The notes below the pieces were generated by a model. The model had not been told where the DNA came from and did no database searches. It saw nothing but the letters and a program-made list of their open reading frames with translations. Position numbers and translations under genes: made by a program. This document shows, piece by piece, positions 12,729 to 27,368 of a stretch of 64,000 nt of DNA (within the stretch, counting starts at the first letter, position 1; each line of letters opens with the position of its first letter). The DNA is from the human T2T-CHM13v2.0 reference genome, Homo sapiens: NCBI RefSeq assembly GCF_009914755.1, contig NC_060935.1; one strand, 5' to 3'.

Positions 12729-13829
12729 GTCCTGGTGTGTAGGGCGTAAGTGAGAGACGGGGCAGTGTGAGGCTGCATGAAGGACCGTAAGAAAGGCCCC
12801 AGCTCAGGGTGGAACACAGAGTGCACACTCCGTTCATGACGGAGGTACTTGTGGATGCACGGGAAGAAAGGAATGGGAAAAAAACAGATGTGGGGCCAGG
12901 GCATGGAGGCTCACAGGTAGCCTAAAAACAGCACAGTCGTAACTAAAGGAAATAAGAGGGCTTCACAAATTTGAATTCCTGAAAACTTGCATGTCAACAA
13001 AGGTTTAATAACTCAAATCATACCCTAAAGGTATTAGGAAGTTCTCACTGAAAAATCCCATAGTAAATAATATTGTAGAGAAAAGAATCCTTTTGGAACA
13101 TAAACACTTCTTCTCCAACAAAGTGAATTTGGGGTAAAAATGGATTTTTGCCCAATTTCTTCAAAGTAAGTTTTGCTAGCCTACGTAAGCCTATTGTGCC
13201 TGATGTGGGCACAGTGCAACCTCTGTCCACCCCCTTGGCCCTATGCCACCCCTTCGCCACCCACTGAGGTTGCAGGGAGAAGGGGTGCTGAGCCCTCCTC
13301 CCCACTGCCAGGCCTGGTGTCGCCTGCCGGGCCCTCCTGGCCCCCAGCTGTGTAGCCTGCTGGGCTGGGCGGAGCAATGGCCAAAGCTGTGATTTGCAGC
13401 CTGTTCTTCCTCCCTTGCCCCAAAGTTCATTGTGAATCTGGGCTTGGGTTCTGTCTGGGAGGGACATCTGCAGCCGTGGACCTTGGTCTCTTCTTGTTTC
13501 AGGGCCTGGCATTGCCGTTTGGCCAGAGTCTCCCAGGCCTGACTTGGTCAGAATGTGCAGGGAAGAACAGCGTATGTTGTGAGTGCGCAGGCAGCGTATG
13601 GCCTTAGGTTCTTCTTGGCCTTCTCAAGAGGGAAAGCGTTGCTGATCCTTTCACCCAGGAAAACATGTGCTGCACGTGGGATCCTGCAGCTCACTTGATC
13701 CTCCAGCTTCTGAGGTCTCTGATGCCTGTGAATTTGCCGCCTGAGGAGGCCCTCTTTGTCTCTGACCTTTCTCTTTCTCAGGCATTTGCTGTTGACAGTC
13801 TGATGACATTAATCCTCATTGGGTACATA

Positions 13830-13980
13830 TTTTATTATCCCCATTTTGTAGATGAGGCAACTGAGGCACAAAGAGGTTCCTCAGCTTGCTTAGGGTTGTG
13901 TAGCTGGTAAGTGGTAGAACTGAGGCTCAGCTCTAGAGCTGTCTGACCCCAGAGCCCGGGCTGAACCACAACACCGTGCT
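13830..13980 (-). mobile_element. MIR
   Basis: ttattatccccattttgtagatgaggcaactgaggcacaaagagg. Confidence 0.75.
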
Positions 13981-14934
13981 GTTTAGAAGGTAGCCATTGG
14001 AAAGAAAAGTAGCAACCCTTTGGGGAGGATTCAGGTGAACCCCAGCTCCACTAGCCTGACTTAGCAAGTCTGGGAAACTCACAGCAAAGACCAAGCCCCT
14101 TCACAGAGCCACAGTGGCTGCAACCTGGGGAAAGGGCGTGCTAGCAGCCAAATGCTCTAAGGCCCTTATGGAAACAGAGCCTGACTCCTCTGTCCCATGT
14201 GGCGGGGAGGAAGGGGTGTCTAGGGCCTCACCATTTCCTCTTCCGTCTTTAGCTGGGGCAGTCACTCCCTCCCAGCTCCTTCCAAAGCTTAGGCTACAGG
14301 CAGACCCTGGAGCAACACGTGGTGTTGGGCTAGTTCCCGGCTGAGTGGGTTGGGGAGGAAAGGGGCTGGAAATTCCTGAAGACTCAGTCTTCTGGGGAAC
14401 AAATGAATCTTCTTCCTCCCAGGTCTCCTCGGCAGCTGCTGAGCTGCAGAATTTATGGAAGCCCTTCACGCTTTGTGACAGACTGCTAATGAAAGAGAGG
14501 CCAGGCTTCTGCGTCTGCCTTCTTTGGTTTCTAATTTGTCCAGGGATTCTATCCCCAAGTGGGGGCAAGCGACTTGGAAGCCAGGGGGGCCACACAGAGC
14601 CCTGCAGCCTGTCAGCAGGGCTTGGCTTGAAAGGCCCCTGCTGAGGGCCACCCAGGGGGCAGAGGGTTGCTCCCAGCTCCAAGTACCTGCCAGGGATGTG
14701 AAACATGCTCTGGGATTAATGGGAACCAGATGGGCAGGACAGCCCCTCCACCTGGCCTCCACCGGAGAAATGCTCAGATTTCTGGCATTGTGCTGAAGCT
14801 TTTCTTAGGAGTTCTCTGAGACTGTTTTTTCGCTCCAGGCCACATGCCCAGGAACAGAAGCCGGGAGTCCTGGACCTTTCTGTCCAAATGAGAAGATGAG
14901 GAAATTAGGAGGGGCCTTAGATCTTGCACCGTGT

Positions 14935-15108
14935 GAGGGTTCTCAACCCAGGCTGCACATGAGAATCAGTGGGGAGCTTTTGAAAACTACCTGGGCCTGA
15001 GCCTTACCCGAGATCACTACATAAAAATCACTTGGGAAGGGGTCCAGGCATTTTCTTTTAAAAGCCTCCCAGATGTTCTGATGTGCTGCCCAGGTTGAGA
15101 ACCACTGA
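14935..15108. mobile_element. MER5-family MITE
   Basis: ggttctcaacccaggctgcacatgagaatc...ccaggttgagaaccactg terminal inverted repeats. Confidence 0.75.
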
Positions 15109-15419
15109 ACTCTTCTCCATCACAAACACTTCCTGATTGAGGCCGTGGTGAGCCCGAGGTCACACAGTCAGAACTGAAGACCCTGTCTCCAGCTCCCAGC
15201 GACAGCTTGTTCTCCCACACGTTCTTTCAAGTCCTCATGGCCCATCGGCCCTGCAAAGTGCCAAGTAAAGATCGTAGTCACCCTTTTATGTCTGCCTTTC
15301 CAATTTTCCTGGCCAATTTGAGGCCTTCCCCTCCTTGGAACTGGCAGAGGCACGTCTCCCGTAGGAAGCACTGCTGACCACCGCAGCGACTCTGGCTTCT
15401 CACGTTGTGCACCATCCCC

Positions 15420-15592
15420 AGCCTTGCTACTCCAAGTGTGGCCTGAGGACCAGTGGGACCCGCATCATCGGAAAGATTGTGAGAAATGCCTTAGCATGCC
15501 CCCACTCAACCCAGACCCCCTGAATCTGAATCTGCATTTTAGTGAGATCCGCAGGTGCTTTGTACGTATTTCTTAGATGGAGAAGCGCTGAT
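15420..15592 (-). mobile_element. MER5A-like MITE
   Basis: ccaagtgtggcctgaggaccag...tgaatctgaatctgcatttt...gagaagcgctg. Confidence 0.65.
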
Positions 15593-17269
15593 ATTTGTTG
15601 TGAAACACACACACGCTCTATCAGATTCATTTGTGTAGATTCTGTCTCCATGGTAAAATTACCTTCTTCTTGAGAAAGGGGACCATGTCTTATGTATCTT
15701 GCACATAACATGTAACAACATAGCACAGTGCAAAGCACATAGCAGGTGCCTTTTACCATTTCATTGGCCTGAGACAGTCTCTCCTAGGTGCTGCGGTGTA
15801 GAGATCTCCAGAGGATGGGCAGTGGCAGGAAATCCTCAGCCTTCAAGCGGAACCCATAGCAGACCGGGGCCCTGCTGACCAGGGGAAATCTCTTAGCTCC
15901 CAGGTGGGAGACTCCACAGTGGAATGAGACCCAAAATGGGGAGAAGGAGATGAGCCTCCCCTCATGACTGACTGCATGCCACATGCTATAGTAGGATACT
16001 GCTCTCTTCCCACCTCCACCAGTGATCCGGGCAGACAATGCAACATTGTCCTTCAGTTTTCTCCAAAATGGGAATGACAGTGTCTACTCCACAAATCTTC
16101 TGAGGTCACTTTGAATTTTGGGCATCTAGAAGGTATTCAGTAAACGCTTTGAATGAGGATCAAGTGAGAACATGGTTGCACTTTGCTACCTCTAGCCTTA
16201 TTTATATATCAGGTCATTTTCTTATTCTTCCCTTTCCAGTTTTTTGGGTGAGCAAACAGAGACTTCACTCTCTCCCTGAGCTTTCAGGCTCTGGGCCAGA
16301 TTTGACCAAACAATTGCCCCTGGAGTTGCAGCTGGAGTCTCCATGGAGGAAGAGATCACTCCTAAAAACAAACAAAAAACCAAATGTTACCCGGGCCAGA
16401 GCAGGGGTATAGTCCAGCCAGGACCTGATGGAAAAGGAGATAAAGGTGGGACAGAAGACTAGAGCCTTAAATCACTGTTCTAAAAAAAAAATTGCTGCTC
16501 ACCACTGGCGTGTCACTCGGTGCTCATTAGCTGTGTAAGCACCTTCACCGGAGGCCCTTGCAGCCTGGAGGCTTCATCCGTTGCCCAATAACTGTTAATC
16601 AGCCCGCAGCAGCAGCACCAGCCCTTGAGGGCTGGGTCTTTCCTGGCAACCACAATCTGTTTCTATTTCATCTAAAAAAAATAAAATGGATAGGATGTTG
16701 TATTCACTCCCACCCCCAGCATGAAAGAGTGGAGGATCAGAGCTCCTTCCCAGCCCCAGCCCCACCTCCTGATGAAAAATTAACTAGCTGCGCTGAGTGA
16801 ATGAATCCCTAAAGGGGAATGAGGTCTCTGATGTGAGCTGGACTGGGTTCTGGGAGCTCCAAAATCCTCCTGGTCATTAATTCTCCAGCCCCTGGATCCT
16901 TGGAGCAGCCGCAGACAGGTGTTGCAGCATGCTAATTGGCTACCCCTCCCAAAGCCAGCTCTGCCCAGCTACTGGTGGAGCGGAGCCGGCCTTGGTCAGG
17001 TTTTTGATGTGATGCAAGTTCTGTGTGCTTTTGGGGAAATGGAGTGGCTTGAAGCACACTTTTTGTTTATTTCTGTCTCCCTCTACTCTTCTGTGGGCTT
17101 CCTGGAGACAGAGACTGAGGGTTTTTTACATCTGAATCAGAGTACCTTCTAGATAAGACACAGTAGTGACTATGATAAAGGAATGAATAAATGGGTGAGT
17201 GAGTGAGGGCTTGACCGTGATCCAAGAGTCTACTCCACAAGCTCGATGCAGGCCTTGGGACACCCTTCA

Positions 17270-17720
17270 CTTGTTTATTCAGTCAGTCAATAAACATTCA
17301 TTACGCAGCATGGTAATGAGGAGCATGCTGTTCATTCATTCTTTAGTCTCAGTCATACATTCATTCAACAAACACTAGGTCCTGAGCCTTGTCCTAGTGT
17401 CAGGAATAGAGATAAAATGCTCATTCTCTGCCCTCAGGATGCTCACAGTGTGGTGGAGAAATGGGTCAGTAACTTGAACGTAACAAGATGCCTGTGGTAA
17501 CAGCCTTGAGAGTGGATGCCTGAGGTTCTGTGGGAGCCAGAGGAGGGTGCCGAGCTCCACTGAGGAGACAGAGCAGAGTGTCATATGGGGGATGCAGATA
17601 TGACACCTGAGCTGACCCTAGAAGGATGAGTAGGGGTTAACCAGGAGAAGCTGATGGGAGAAGGGTGTTTCCGGCAGAAGGAGCTGAGACAGACGCAAGA
17701 CTACACCCCGATACCATGTC
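17270..17720 (-). mobile_element. L2 3' fragment
   Basis: cattcattcaacaaacac...ctgccctcaggatgctcacagt...gaaggatgagtagggg. Confidence 0.6.
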
Positions 17721-18180
17721 ATTCCAATGGCAGAGGCAGAGCACAAAGGGGGTCTCTTCCCACTTCTTGCCCTGAGCTGCCCCATTTTTCCCAGACCCAG
17801 CTCTGGCAGGCTGGTCCTGCAGAAAGAATAGGGGACAGGGTCACCAGACTTCAATCAATTGTCATCGCTCTCTGGGCCTCACTTTCCTCGCATGTAAAGT
17901 TGGAGGCAGATGAGTAGACCCTAAGAATCAGTGCTCCCCATGCTGCAGGTATACAACGGTCCTTCTCCCAGCAGCTGGTTGAGTACCATGGGGAGTGGTA
18001 TGGAAAGCCAGTCCCACTAGACTTTATTCTAATACTCCTCAGCTTGGACTCATCCCCTTCTTTCCAGTCCAGGCTGGGCAGGCAGGCTCGAGTGTGCTAT
18101 GTGAGCTCCCAGGACCAAGGTGCACAGAACTCTGTCTCCTAGAGCACAGACTGAGTCATCTTCTTAAACCTTAGGCTAGC

Positions 18181-18791
18181 CACTGTGCAAAACAGCTTAG
18201 TGGTTCCTCCAAATTGAAACATAGAATTACCATTTGAGCCAGCAATTTCACTCCTACATATAATCCCCAAAGAATCAAAACTAGGGACACAAACAGATAT
18301 TTGTACACCCATATTCATAGCATCATTACTCATGGTAGCCAAAAGGCAAAAGCACCTCAAGTACTCATCAACTGATGAATGGGTAAAGGAAATGAGGTCT
18401 ATCCATACAGCAGAATATTACTCAACCATCAAAAGGAATAGAGTTTTGAAATATGCTATAGCATGGATGAACCTTAAAAACATATGTTAAGTGAAGGAGA
18501 ACAGACAAAAAAGGACAAATATTGTATGATTCCACTTATATGAAATATCTAGAATAGACAAATTCATAGAGAAGAGAGTAGATTAAGGTTACTAAGGGCT
18601 TGGAGGAGGTAGAGATGGGGAATTATTGATTTAAAGGGTGCAGAGTTTCTGTTTGGGGTGATGGAAAAGTTTTGAGAAGAGATAGTGGTGATGACTGCAT
18701 GATAGTCTGAATATAACTATGGCACTGAATTGTACATTTAATGGTTAAAATGGCATATTTTACGTCATGGACATGTTACCACAATTTTTAA
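18181..18791 (+). mobile_element. 5'-truncated L1 (L1MB-like 3' end)
   Basis: catagaattaccatttgagccagcaatttcactcc...catggatgaacctt...ggttaaaatgg; flanked by degenerate 15-bp TSDs. Confidence 0.88.
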
Positions 18792-20419
18792 AAATCCTAG
18801 GTTAGCTTGTGCAGAAGACCTACCCATCATACTTCATCTAATAAACCCTCTCCAGTCCGCCTCCCCAGCAGGCCTTTCTCCCCGGCTTAGGTCGTCTCTC
18901 AGCATTGAGTTCTGCCAGACTGGTGTGTTTCATTTTTGTTTTTATTTCCTGCATCTGCATCTGCTACCACCAGAATCTATTATTGCTCTCTGGGGCTTGT
19001 GCCCCTGACAGCGATTATTTGTACATGTAAATCAGAAAGTCGGGGACAAAGCTTTAATGACAGTCTTTCTGGAGTGGCAGTGGCAGCAGCAGGAGACAAG
19101 CCAGTGCCAGCCCTCAGTGGGTTCCCTCTGGTGTGATGCTGGGTGGGGTGGGAGTGAGGGGGCTGACCCTATCTGGTCCAGGTTCGGGGAATTCTTTCTG
19201 GAATTAATGTTGATTCTGGGTTCTGGGGGCACTGCCTCTGTTTCCTTCAAAGTCAAGATCCATTTGTGTATCCTTGGCTCTTGCTACAAGGCTGGGTTCC
19301 TAGTGGGTGCTGCATTGAAGACTGATGGAACGGAGCAGGTCTAGCCATGTGTGGGAAGGCAGCTTTCACTCACGAGGCTGGCTGCAGCCACCCCTTCCTT
19401 TCTCTCTTCCCTTTGCTGTTTATCGGGAACGTTGTAGTCCTAGAGAGAAGGCTGAGGTTTCCCTCAGACCGTGTCCACATTGCCGTATACCTGAGAAGTG
19501 CTTGCCCTAAAAGAGAGGAAGTACCACCTTTCAAGACTGGAGATATTCATCCCCTCTTGATGTGCATGTACGGTATGGAAGTGGGGATCTCGGAGAACCA
19601 GAAGCCACAAAGTGGGAGACGATGCGTGTTATTTGGCTTGGTGTTTTGCGGGGAGCGTCGCAGGCAGCCTGGACCACCTAACCTTGTTCACAGGCCAACC
19701 CCAAAGGGAAAAAGCAAGATGCCGGACAGCGTGGTAGAGTGTGCTGCCATTTATGTCAAAACCACACATGCTTGTATATGCATAGAATCTCCCTGGGAGG
19801 CAGACATACAAATTATAACAGTCATTGCCTCTGGGGGTGGGGTGGACGAATGGGGGATTCAGGGTCAGAAGTAGAAATATTTACACACACACACACAAAT
19901 ACACACACACACAACTATATACATATATAATCCATACTGCTTAAATCCTGTACCATATGCTTTTAATTACTTAATCACAGAACAAATTGTAATTTTTTTA
20001 GGTAAACCCATGTATGTGGGCAGGTGGATGACTAATGGGGCAAGCGGGTGAAATGTAGCTCTCCCTACCTCTGATTTCTTTTAGTGTTTTTCAGAAGGAG
20101 TTTGGAGAAGCAGAGATTGGCTCTCCTGTCCCTGGGGAGCTCACCACAGTGTTAGATGTTACTTGAATTTCTTTCTTGGGAAGAGATCTTCCTTTTTCAA
20201 GTCTGTTTCCTTGTTCTTTGTCTGGCTTGACAGACACCCCAGGTCTTGCATCTGGCAGCCTTGCCATCTAACCCTCTGGGCATCTAAGTTGTTATTACTT
20301 GAGACTTTCCAGAAGACATCCCTGTTTGTCTTTTGCAAATCTTGTCTCTTTAAACTCAGGGAAGAATCAGGCCGCGTTGATGATCAGCCTCATGTGAAGT
20401 TCCTTTTATTTGGAGTAGT

Positions 20420-20541
20420 TGACACTAACACACACACTCACACACACTCACACACACCCACACTCACATACTGACACAGACACGCTCACACACACACGCT
20501 CACACACACTCACACACACTCACTCACACTCACACATACAC
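20420..20541. repeat. (CA)n/(CACT)n compound microsatellite
   Basis: Direct reading. Confidence 0.9.
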
Positions 20542-22104
20542 TTTATCCCTGGAGAAATGGAACATCTCCCATCTCCCTCTTACCGCTTACTCAAATGTCT
20601 TCAAAATGGCTGTAGATATTACCTTTAATCTTATTTCTCCCAACATTGATTGAAGGAGGAAAAAAAAATCCAGAATGCTTTGGAACAATTTTGAGCAATG
20701 AAAAACTGTGTTAGGAAGGAAGTCTCAACTGAACTCTGTTGTAGACTGCCACTAATGTTATAATAATATTTTACTCAAATAACAAAACTTCCTAACATCA
20801 CTATTCTATTTAACTTGTCATTTCAGACTATTATTTCCATGTTAACTACAGGAAATTAACACATTAAGCAGAAACACAAATGATTCCTGCTTGAAGTTGT
20901 TTTTGATATTCCTGTTAAGGAAGCCATTGTTATTGTGTTTTCATTTCCACAAGTATTTAGGGGGTATCTCCTTTGGGACACCCAGAAGCCTGAGGTAAGC
21001 CCCCCCATCTTATGGAGCTTGGCGAAAAGGCACGAACCAGAGCTAGAGAAGACATTCTATAGCTAGGTGGCCAGAAGAGAGGTACAGAGAGGAACCCAAT
21101 TCAGCATGAAAAGAAAGGAGAAGTCAGTACTGAGTAGAGAAGGTGGGAGAAGTCGGGCTTGGAGGAGAAAGGAGACCTTGGAATTGGGTTGTAGAGGATT
21201 TAGGGAGGCAGAGGTTAGGGGACAGGGTTGGGTGGAGAGGCGGCATGGCAGGGCATTTGCCGGTGAGTAGAAAACATGAGTCAGCCCTCCACAGTGGAAG
21301 GGTTCGTGTGCACAGGGACACTGTGGTGAGATGGAAAAGGTGTGGGCTTGGAAGTAAAAAAGGCCTGGGCATCAGCCCCCAGTCTGCTCCTCACTAGCTC
21401 CATGACTTCCAGTAGTCAGGCTTATGAAGAGTCCACTTCTTCATCTGCAATACGAACAGGTTAATATCTACTGTGCAAGGCTGTTGTGCAGATTACATGA
21501 GATGAAAAACAGCACAAACTACATGCCAACAATTGCTAGATCCCTTCACCACCTGCCTCGCATGGAGTATTGGGGCTCTCTGAGAGTGAAGGGTGAGGCA
21601 TGACTGTGCAGAGGAGTAAACACCAGGCGGAGGAACTGGAACTCTGCCTTGTTAGACATGAGAACCCACTTGGAGTTTTTGAACAGGAAAGTGAACTAGT
21701 CAGGGTCACGCTTTAGCCGGGTCAGTTTGGTGGTGGCCTTCTGGAGGGCTGGCCAGACAGTGAAGCTAGAGGCGGGTCCACAGTGTGGTGCTGCAGACAT
21801 TCAGCCGTGGGACATAAAGGAACATTTAATATATACACACACATCTATGAGAGGAGGAACAAACCAAAGATGAATCTAAGGCTTGGAAACAGAGTGCTAG
21901 GACAACCGTGATGCCCCTGACAACAATGAACAAGGTAGCATGAAAAGTTGAAGGAGGGGGAAGGTATTGGCACAGCTTGAACATGAGATGACAGCTGGAC
22001 GTCCAAAGAAAATGTCCAGATGAGATCAAAGTCCTTGGGAGAGTGGTCAGCTCTAGGGATATATAGATTTGAGAATCAAACATTCATGTGGATCAAATCC
22101 ATGT

Positions 22105-22180
22105 ATGTACACACGTGTGTGTGTGCATGTGTCCATACACATGTATGCCTGTGCATGTGTGTGTGTGCCTGTGCGTATGC
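22105..22180. repeat. Degenerate (TG)n/(TGCA)n purine-pyrimidine repeat
   Basis: Direct reading. Confidence 0.8.
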
Positions 22181-22639
22181 ACCACTCTCAGAGCCAGAGA
22201 GCAGAGTGAGGGCTCAGGAGCGGCCTTTGCTGGATTCCTGTGGTTGAAGGATGAGGGCACAGTGAACTGGAGGACACAGTGGGAGAGGAGGGAAGCAGCA
22301 AGGAAGCTTGGGGGTGTCACCAGAATAGGGTAGACCCTAGTGTCAGGTGTGTTCTTCAGTGAAAGGACAAGGAGGCCTGAGACAGGGTCACTGGATTTGG
22401 CAAGGAGGTGGCCTTCGAAGAGGGCAGTTTCAGAACTGGGGCTCGCATGGACTGCCCCCATCCTGACCACCCATAGCCTTTCTCGTCTGTATCGTTTCGG
22501 CATCTGCTGGTCTATTCCTTCATAGACGGCTATCTTCTGCCTTCCCTCCTTCTGTACCGCCGGTAGCTCGCCCCCGTTCAATATGTTAAAAGCTCTTCAA
22601 GAATGTTCTTCTGTTCTCTCTGCCCCACAGCACGTGGAA

Positions 22640-23765
<1,126 letters not shown>

Positions 23766-25366
23766 GAGAAAAGAAACTAACATTTACAGGACGCTTACAT
23801 GCTAAGTTGTGCCGTAGCATCTGCACTTATGTCATTTACTTTTCACAACGATCCATAGAGTATTATTCTTCCCATTATACAGATGAGAAAACTAATAAAT
23901 AGAGACATAGATCAATATTTACATATTTAAACTGAGAGTTCAGAATGGAGGCAGATAGCAGGGAGTGAGTAGATCATTTGACCTCAATTTGTTCTCATTC
24001 ACTGATCCATAAAATATTTATTCACCACCTGAGTATGCCAGGCCTTCTGCTAATTTCTGGGGATCTACAATTGAATAGAAAATAATTCTTGATCTCCAGT
24101 CTAGTGGTGGCAACAGCAGTTTAAACAAAAGCTTAGAGCCATGTGCGGTATACTAGAAGTAGGAACTCATTAGTCTGACAGCATGAGTAGGAAAGTGCTT
24201 CATTCTGGAGAAGTCAGAGAAGGCTTCCTGGAGGAGGTGACATTTGCGATGACTCTTTGCAAATGAGTGTTGTGCACTTAAGGAAATTGGCTGTTCCTGG
24301 AAGGATGAAGACTAAGCTCTCGTACCTGGTGTATGGGTCCTCCACCTTCCTCACCAGCCTCATCTATGGCCAGCCCTTCGTCATAAACACAGACTTCTCA
24401 TTACATCCTGCATGCATTATGCTATTTCCTGCCCTTGAAAATGCTGTTTCCTCTGTCTGGAACACAGTCTCTCTCCCCGCACACTATTTTTATTCCTTGA
24501 GGCTCAGCTCAGCGTCATCTCCTCGCCAGGATGAGCCTGGTGCCCATCTTTGAGCCCCATATCACCCTTCCCATAGATTAGCTCATTGTCACATTTCCAT
24601 AACTCCCTGCAAACCATAACCCTTCTGAGGACAGTCTTAATCACCTTTGTTCTTGCTGGTGGGTGACATCCTGGGACCTGTCATATAATGAACAATGAAT
24701 ATACAACTGATGGCCCAAACTGAGCCTGTGCCAGAGAGGAAAAGAGGACTTTCAGAGCTTGGGAGGACCCAGGCACAGTGAGGGCACTGGGCAAGCAGTC
24801 GGTTGAGTAGGCCAGGCTGAATAAGCTGGAGTGAGAGCTCTGGGTCCCTCAGAAGGTGGCGTTAAGGAAACAGGCAGAGGCTGTTGGTTACCCCTGGGGC
24901 TGTGGAGGTTCAGACAGGGGTAGATGAAGGGCCTTGCATAGGATGCTCTTAAAGCTGGGCACTGGGAGACCTGGAAAATTCAGGCATCCCACTGAGTGAC
25001 AACTTTGTGGACCACCTTGTGTATGCGTCACCAGGGATAGAGGCCCACACAGGATACCCTGGAAGCGGCGCGTTTGTCACAGGTTTGCAGGAGGCTTACC
25101 TGCTCCCTCCCTGAACACCTGGGCTGGCTCACCCCTCGGCCTGGCCACCAGAGTGGAGGGCTTTCTAAAACTGGACTGAGCTCCAAAGCAACAGCCCTGA
25201 CTCTGGGGTGGGTGAAGTAGAAACTCAGCCTCCCTCTGTGTTCCCTCAGCTCCCCAGGAGCATTTATTTAGCCTGAGCTGTGCATAGACAGGCCTCCAGG
25301 CCCCCAGTTCTGAGCCGCTGAAAGGCCAGCCCTTAGCACAGTACCAGGGACCAGACAAATACTTGG

Positions 25367-25415
25367 GATGAATGAATGAATGAATTGATGGATGGATGGA
25401 TGAATGAATGAATGA
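25367..25415. repeat. (GAAT)n/(GGAT)n tetranucleotide repeat, probably an L2 tail
   Basis: Direct reading. Confidence 0.75.
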
Positions 25416-25620
25416 AGCCTACAGTGCAAGGCTGTCAGAAGAAGCCAAACAGTGGCCTCAGACTTTGGCTCGTGACCTTGACGTATTCCCGGGGTCTCCG
25501 CAACTCCTGTGGCACACTTGTAGGGCAGGCCTTCTTCGCCTCTTTCTTGTTCTTACCTGACCATTGGTTATCATGTCAGGAGGCCAAGAGACACCTGTCA
25601 CCTTTCTCCAGATCAAGCCC

Positions 25621-26039
25621 TGTGTTAGGCTATTCTTGCATTGCCATCGAGAAGTACCTAAGGCTGGGTAATTTATAAAGAAAGAGGTGTATTTGGCTCA
25701 CAGTTCTGCAGGCTGTACAAGCATGGTGCCAGCATCTTCTCGGGTTTGGGGAGGCCTCTGGGAGCTTTTACTCTTGGTGGAAGGCAAAGGGGGAGCAGGC
25801 ATGTCACCTGGCAAGAGCAGGAGCAAGAGAGATCAGGGAGGTGCCACACACTTTTACACAAGCAGCTCTTGAGTGAACTACCAGAGCAAGAAACTCACTC
25901 ATTCCCATGGGGAGAGCACCAAGCCGTTCATGAGGAACCCACCTCCACGATCTGAACACCTCCCGCCCAGCCCCACCTCCGACACTGGGGTCACATTTCA
26001 GCATGAGATTTGGAGGGGACAAACATCCAAACTAGGTCA
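25621..26039 (-). mobile_element. MaLR solo LTR (MSTB-like)
   Basis: tgtgttaggctattcttgcattgc...gggtaatttataaagaaagagg...catgagatttggaggggacaaacatccaaact; TG...CA termini. Confidence 0.88.
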
Positions 26040-26984
26040 CACTCTAAACCCAGCTGTAGTCTGAGTGCGTAACTCTGGTTGCCTGCTTCCCCTCCCTGGG
26101 CACAAGACGAGGAGCCAGCTACATGAGCCTCTCAGCTGTCTCGGTGGAGAAATGGAGAGCTGACTGAGGCCAGGGAAGGGCGGGGTGACAGAGGAAGCTG
26201 TGCTCTGCTGGGCATCAGGAGAGGTGGGTTTGGGCACTGGCAGTGCCACTACTCCTGACCTTAGACAATCCATTAGCATCTCTGAGCCTCAACATACTTG
26301 TTGGTTAAATGGGGTTAATTATATCTGCCATGTTGGTCTCAAAGATTGTTGGGAAAAATTAAAGGATGTGGAAGTGTTTCACAAACTGTGCTGGTAGATG
26401 CCTGAAGTCGTTTTCCTGGGGTCCTCCTTCTTACCCGATTTGGAGAGGGTGAGCGTTGGGGATATGGCTGGATCCCCTCGCATCCCCCCACCGGGCTGCT
26501 CTGCTTTCCTGAGCCTCGGTTCTGAGCCAGAAGCGACCGTGGGGCTTCCCAAAAGCTGTGGAACAAACCAAAAGCAGCCTGGTCTCTTCCCCATCTCACC
26601 GTCTGTTTCTGAGACACCCTGTCTGCTGCCCCTCACGACAGGGCTGTGCTTGATAGAAGGTGAGCCTTAGGCCTGTGGGAGGATGACTCTCCTTCTCCAC
26701 AAATGGTTGGCACATGGTTAGCCCTGGTTGGTTGTCCAGGGGTGGAGTCACCGGCCTGTCAACCAGCATCCTGCACCTGTCTGGCCTTCGGGGCCGTGTG
26801 AGCGGTTGGAGAGGGGACCAAGGAGCTGAAATGAGGGCTCCCATCCTGATTTTGGAGTGGCTTCTTTGGAGAGTCTGCTTTTGAAAGAGCAAAGGTGGCC
26901 GAGCCTAAGGCTGCAGACTTCTCTTTTTCTACCCTCTTTATCTCTGTTTTGACCCCTCCCTACCAGGCAATGACCACTACTACT

Positions 26985-27222
26985 ACTAATAATAGCAATA
27001 GCAGCTGGCAGTTTTTGAATACTGTGCCTGGCACTGTGCTAAACACATTACATGTATTACTCTATTTAATCCTCTCTAGGGATATTAGTATCCCCATTTT
27101 ACAGATGAGGCCATTGAGGCAGAGAGAGGTTAAGCAGCTTCCCACAGTTCTCCAGCTGGCAAGCAACAGAACCAAGATTTAAGCCCTGGCATTTTGGTTC
27201 CCAAGCCCAGGCTCTTAATCAC
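26985..27222 (-). mobile_element. MIR
   Basis: ctgtgcctggcactgtgctaaac...tccccattttacagatgagg...ctcttaatcacc. Confidence 0.8.
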
Positions 27223-27258
27223 CATTACATGAAAAGGAGGAAAGGTGTGTGCGTGCAC

Positions 27259-27368
27259 AGAGAGAGAGAAAAAGAGAGACAGAGAGACAGAGAGAGACAG
27301 AAAGAGAGAGACAGAGACAGAAACAGAGAGAGACAGAGAAACAAAGAGACAGAGAGACAGAGAGAGAG
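27259..27368. repeat. (GA)n/(GAGACA)n repeat
   Basis: Direct reading. Confidence 0.9.

Noticed and set aside
19141-19162. Other canonical G4 motifs (also 31173-31199 and 51598-51617)
   Set aside because: Their frequency is ordinary for GC-moderate human introns, with no supporting context.
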